A DNA stretch of 64,000 nucleotides. Source: Centroscyllium fabricii (Eukaryota). Below, piece by piece: positions 61,112 to 64,000 of the stretch. The position numbers and the translations under genes are program-made. The stretch is from the NCBI GenBank assembly GCA_051313645.2, contig JBNRSN020000024.1, positions 12,710,001-12,774,000 of the forward strand, read 5' to 3'. The notes under the pieces were generated by a model. The model saw nothing but the letters and a program-made list of their open reading frames with translations. It had not been told where the DNA came from and searched no databases. Within the stretch, counting starts at the first letter, position 1; every line of letters begins with the position of its first letter.

Positions 61112-63142
61112 CAATAATAGGATTGGGCAGAGTCAACACGGATTTATGAAAGGGAAATCGCGTTTGACAAATCCGTTAGAGCTTTTTGAGGTTGTAACTA
61201 GCAGAATAGATATGGGGGAACCAATGGATGTGGTGTATTTGGATTTTCAGAAGGCATTCGATAAGGTGCCACACAAGAGGTTATTAAACAAAATTAGGGC
61301 TCATGGGATTGGGGGTAATATACTAGGCTGGATTGAGGATTGGTTAATGGACAGAAAACAGAGAGTAGGAATAAACAGGTCGTATTTGGGTTGGCAGGCT
61401 GTAACTAGTGGGGTACCGCTAGGATCAGTACTTGGGCCTCAGCTATTTGGATGAGGGGACCAAATGTAATATATCTAAGTTTGCTGATGATTCAAAGCTG
61501 GGTGGGAATGCAAGTTGTGGGGAGGATGTAAGGAGGCTTCAAGGGGATATAGACAGGTTGACTGAGTGGGCAAGAACATGGCAAATGGAATATAATGTGG
61601 AGAAATGTGAAGTTATCCACTTTGGTTGGAAAAATAGAAAAGCAGAGTATTTTTTAAATGATGAGAGATTGGGAAATGTTGGTCTTCACTGAAAGTCAAC
61701 ATGCAGTTACAGCAATTAGGAAAGCAAATGGTATGTTGGCCTTTATTACAAGAGGATTTGAGTATAATAGTAAAGACGTCTTACTGCAATTATATAGGGT
61801 GAGACTGTGCACAGTTTTAGTCTTCTTACCTAAGGAAGGATATACTTGCCATAGAGGGAGTGCAATGAAGGTTCACCAGACTGATTCCTGGGATGGGGGG
61901 ATTGTCCTATGAGGAGAGATTGAGTAGACGAGGCCTATATTCACTAGAGTTTAGAAGAATGAGAGGTGATCTCATTGGAACATACAAAATTCAATGAGGA
62001 TGTTTCCCCTGGCTGGGGAGTCTAGAACCAGGGGTCATAGTCACAGTCTCAGAATAAGGGGTCGGCCATTTAGGGCTGAGATGAGGAGAAATTTCTTCAC
62101 TCAGGAGGGTGGTGAATTTTTGGAATTCTCTTTCCTAGAGGGCTGTGGAGGCTCAGTCATTGAGTCTATTCAAGACAGAGATTGATAGATTTTTGAATAT
62201 TAAGGGAATCAAGGGATATGGGGATAGTGCAGGAAAGTGGAGATGAGGTAGAAGATCAGTCACGAGCTTATTGAATAGCGGAGCAGGCTCGAAGGGTCAA
62301 ATGGCCTAGTCCTGCTCCTATTTCTGATGTTCTTATCAAGTAGGCACAACTAGATGGCCCTGTCTCAAGCCTCTGCTGCTCTGTAACCTACTCCTAGATA
62401 TTGCTTGGACAGTGAGTTTCTCACCCTCTCAATGGCCCAAATGAGATTGGGAAGTCTTTGGTGAAGAATTCTCAAGTGTAGAAAAAAAGTGTTGTTTTTT
62501 TTTTACTTTGAAATACAGTGCACTGATGCTTAATTCTCTAGACCCAACAACCCTCTCAAAATAATACTAATTTCCTTGCATATAGCAACATTTGAGTTTT
62601 TAGGTTTAAAACTCATCTCCTCCAACAGCTCAGTAGTTAAAAGCAGCATATATCTGTGCCACATGGACCAAAAAGGTTCCAAGTTGAATTGCTGGAGTGT
62701 GCGCCGTTAATGGATCTCAGCCAGTGGGGCAGTAGGGAGTGTTACAATTGGCCAAGATTGCTCATCAGTGGCCCCCAGCTGGAAAGGACTGGACTCAGTT
62801 AATGTGCCCTCCATGGTCACGGTCTCGGCTCGTAAAATAAAGCATGGTTACTTGTCAAGAAGCTGGAGTATACACCAAGCATTCAAGGAACCATGCCCCA
62901 CCCAGCATGATTCAATGTCTTCACCAGAGACAGAGAGGAATGGTGTGGGGAGAATATTGACAGAATTTCCAACCCACTGATTCAAGTTCTTGCCCATGAA
63001 AGTTGCACATGGATGAATTTAACCCTGTTTTTTCTAACTGGGAGCCCCAACACCTCTGTGCAGTAGCTACTAGCTACTAGATCATCATAAACGCTAGTAA
63101 GCATTATAGGAAAAATTAAAACTGATCCTTCAATCACATCAC

Positions 63143-63274
63143 CTTATGGACACCCAGTGTTCCAAAAGGGAGCGGTTTTCCGGTGTTCGCGTCAATCAGC
63201 AACACTTCTGAATCCAAAATCATGCTGTCACCTCCTACAAAAGCTTTGGGAATAAAATCCTTAAAATGAGCAAC
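63143..63274 (-). CDS. LIG3: DNA ligase III exon (motif III, ILDSE)
   Basis: VAHFKDFIPKAFVGGDSMILDSEVLLIDANTGKPLPFGTLGVHK, AG/GT. Confidence 0.97.
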
Positions 63275-64000
63275 CTAGAAGAAAAAAAACCAAAAAGGGA
63301 CAAAATTAATTTGTTTTTAGAACAATCACCCGAGCAACAATGGAACTCTACAGAGAGCCTGTCTGCGCTATGCTAGAACATGGGGGCACACCCAACATGT
63401 TATCAGCTTGCCTGAGTGCTCTCACCTCGGAGTCTGCAGGTTATAGGTTCAAGCCTCACTCCAGTGGAGCAGACAATCTAGGCTGACACTCCAAGTTACA
63501 TGAATGCAGGTTCATTTTTCACATTTGTAGGATGACTAGCAGCATAGAGCACATCATCAAAACTATCACTTCTGATTTCTGGTACCAGATACGCTGCAGT
63601 CCCTGTATATGGAATGAGCACATCCATTTCTGGTAGAGCTGCATCTCATCACGTTTTAATTGAGAGGGAGGGAGAGCCCTATGATTTACTAATAAACACA
63701 TAAACCCAACTGAACAAGCGCAAGAACAGACAAACCTACCAACTCGCTCAAAGATCTCAATTTCCACCTGTTCCACTGTGCCAGCAAATTCCAGCACTTT
63801 TCCAGCAGTTTTCACTGGAGAAAACACGAGAATTCTAGTGAGGCAAGGCAAAGGAAGGTTATCCCAACATGCACAGGAGGTCGGAAAAGTCTTCAAATTA
63901 AATCGACATAAGCCCATAAGTATAACAGGGGGCTTTCATGATCACAATGGGTGCTGGGATAAGCCCGACCTCCATAGTCTACTCTTACACTTACTAGGGA

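Larger units (their letters stand above)
59873..62334 (+). mobile_element. CR1 LINE, 5'-truncated, ATCAAGTAG TSD, with nested MITEs
   Basis: RT fragments and tail; TSD at 59864-59872 and 62335-62343. Confidence 0.88.
21550..63274 (-). other. LIG3: LIG3 gene span in window (11 coding exons, 1380 nt; 5' exons lie beyond the right end)
   Basis: The spliced product covers the end of the adenylation domain, the OB-fold, the linker and the BRCT domain. All introns are GT-AG with consistent phases. Confidence 0.97.

Noticed and set aside
62620-62900. Old tRNA-SINE-like segments (also ~20630-20940, 30450-30720, 33020-33340, 59050-59390)
   Set aside because: Probably an ancient SINE family, but too degenerate to delimit or name by eye.

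Overview
This is vertebrate genomic DNA, almost certainly from a cartilaginous fish (shark or ray), judged from HE1-type V-SINEs, Deu-type SINEs and CR1/HER1-type LINE tails. It carries two host genes in convergent orientation. (1) The 3' part of DNA ligase III (LIG3) lies on the minus strand. I traced 11 coding exons by hand (63143-63274 down to 21550-21783; all GT-AG, phases consistent, 459 aa plus stop, ending in the alpha-type BRCT domain). (2) An intact single-coding-exon delta-group GPCR (10227-11195, +) has HCAR-like segments but a non-canonical YRC motif in place of DRY. Most of the rest is transposable element: many CR1 LINEs, a second CR1/L2-group LINE family, L2, RTE, young Rex1/Babar copies, two Penelope elements with 14-bp TSDs carrying minimal hammerhead ribozyme motifs, a solo LTR, and nested non-autonomous DNA transposons. 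The most notable items are: a young PIF/Harbinger element with an apparently intact, intron-containing transposase but no Myb partner gene; Tigger-like MITEs that share termini but carry different CpG-rich interiors full of NRF1, YY1, NF-Y and TALE motifs; a hammerhead in sense orientation inside a LIG3 intron; and a candidate intronic poly(A) route to a BRCT-less LIG3-beta-like isoform. No rRNA, bona fide tRNA gene or CRISPR array is supported. All family assignments come from motif recognition, not database searches, and boundaries marked approximate are estimates.
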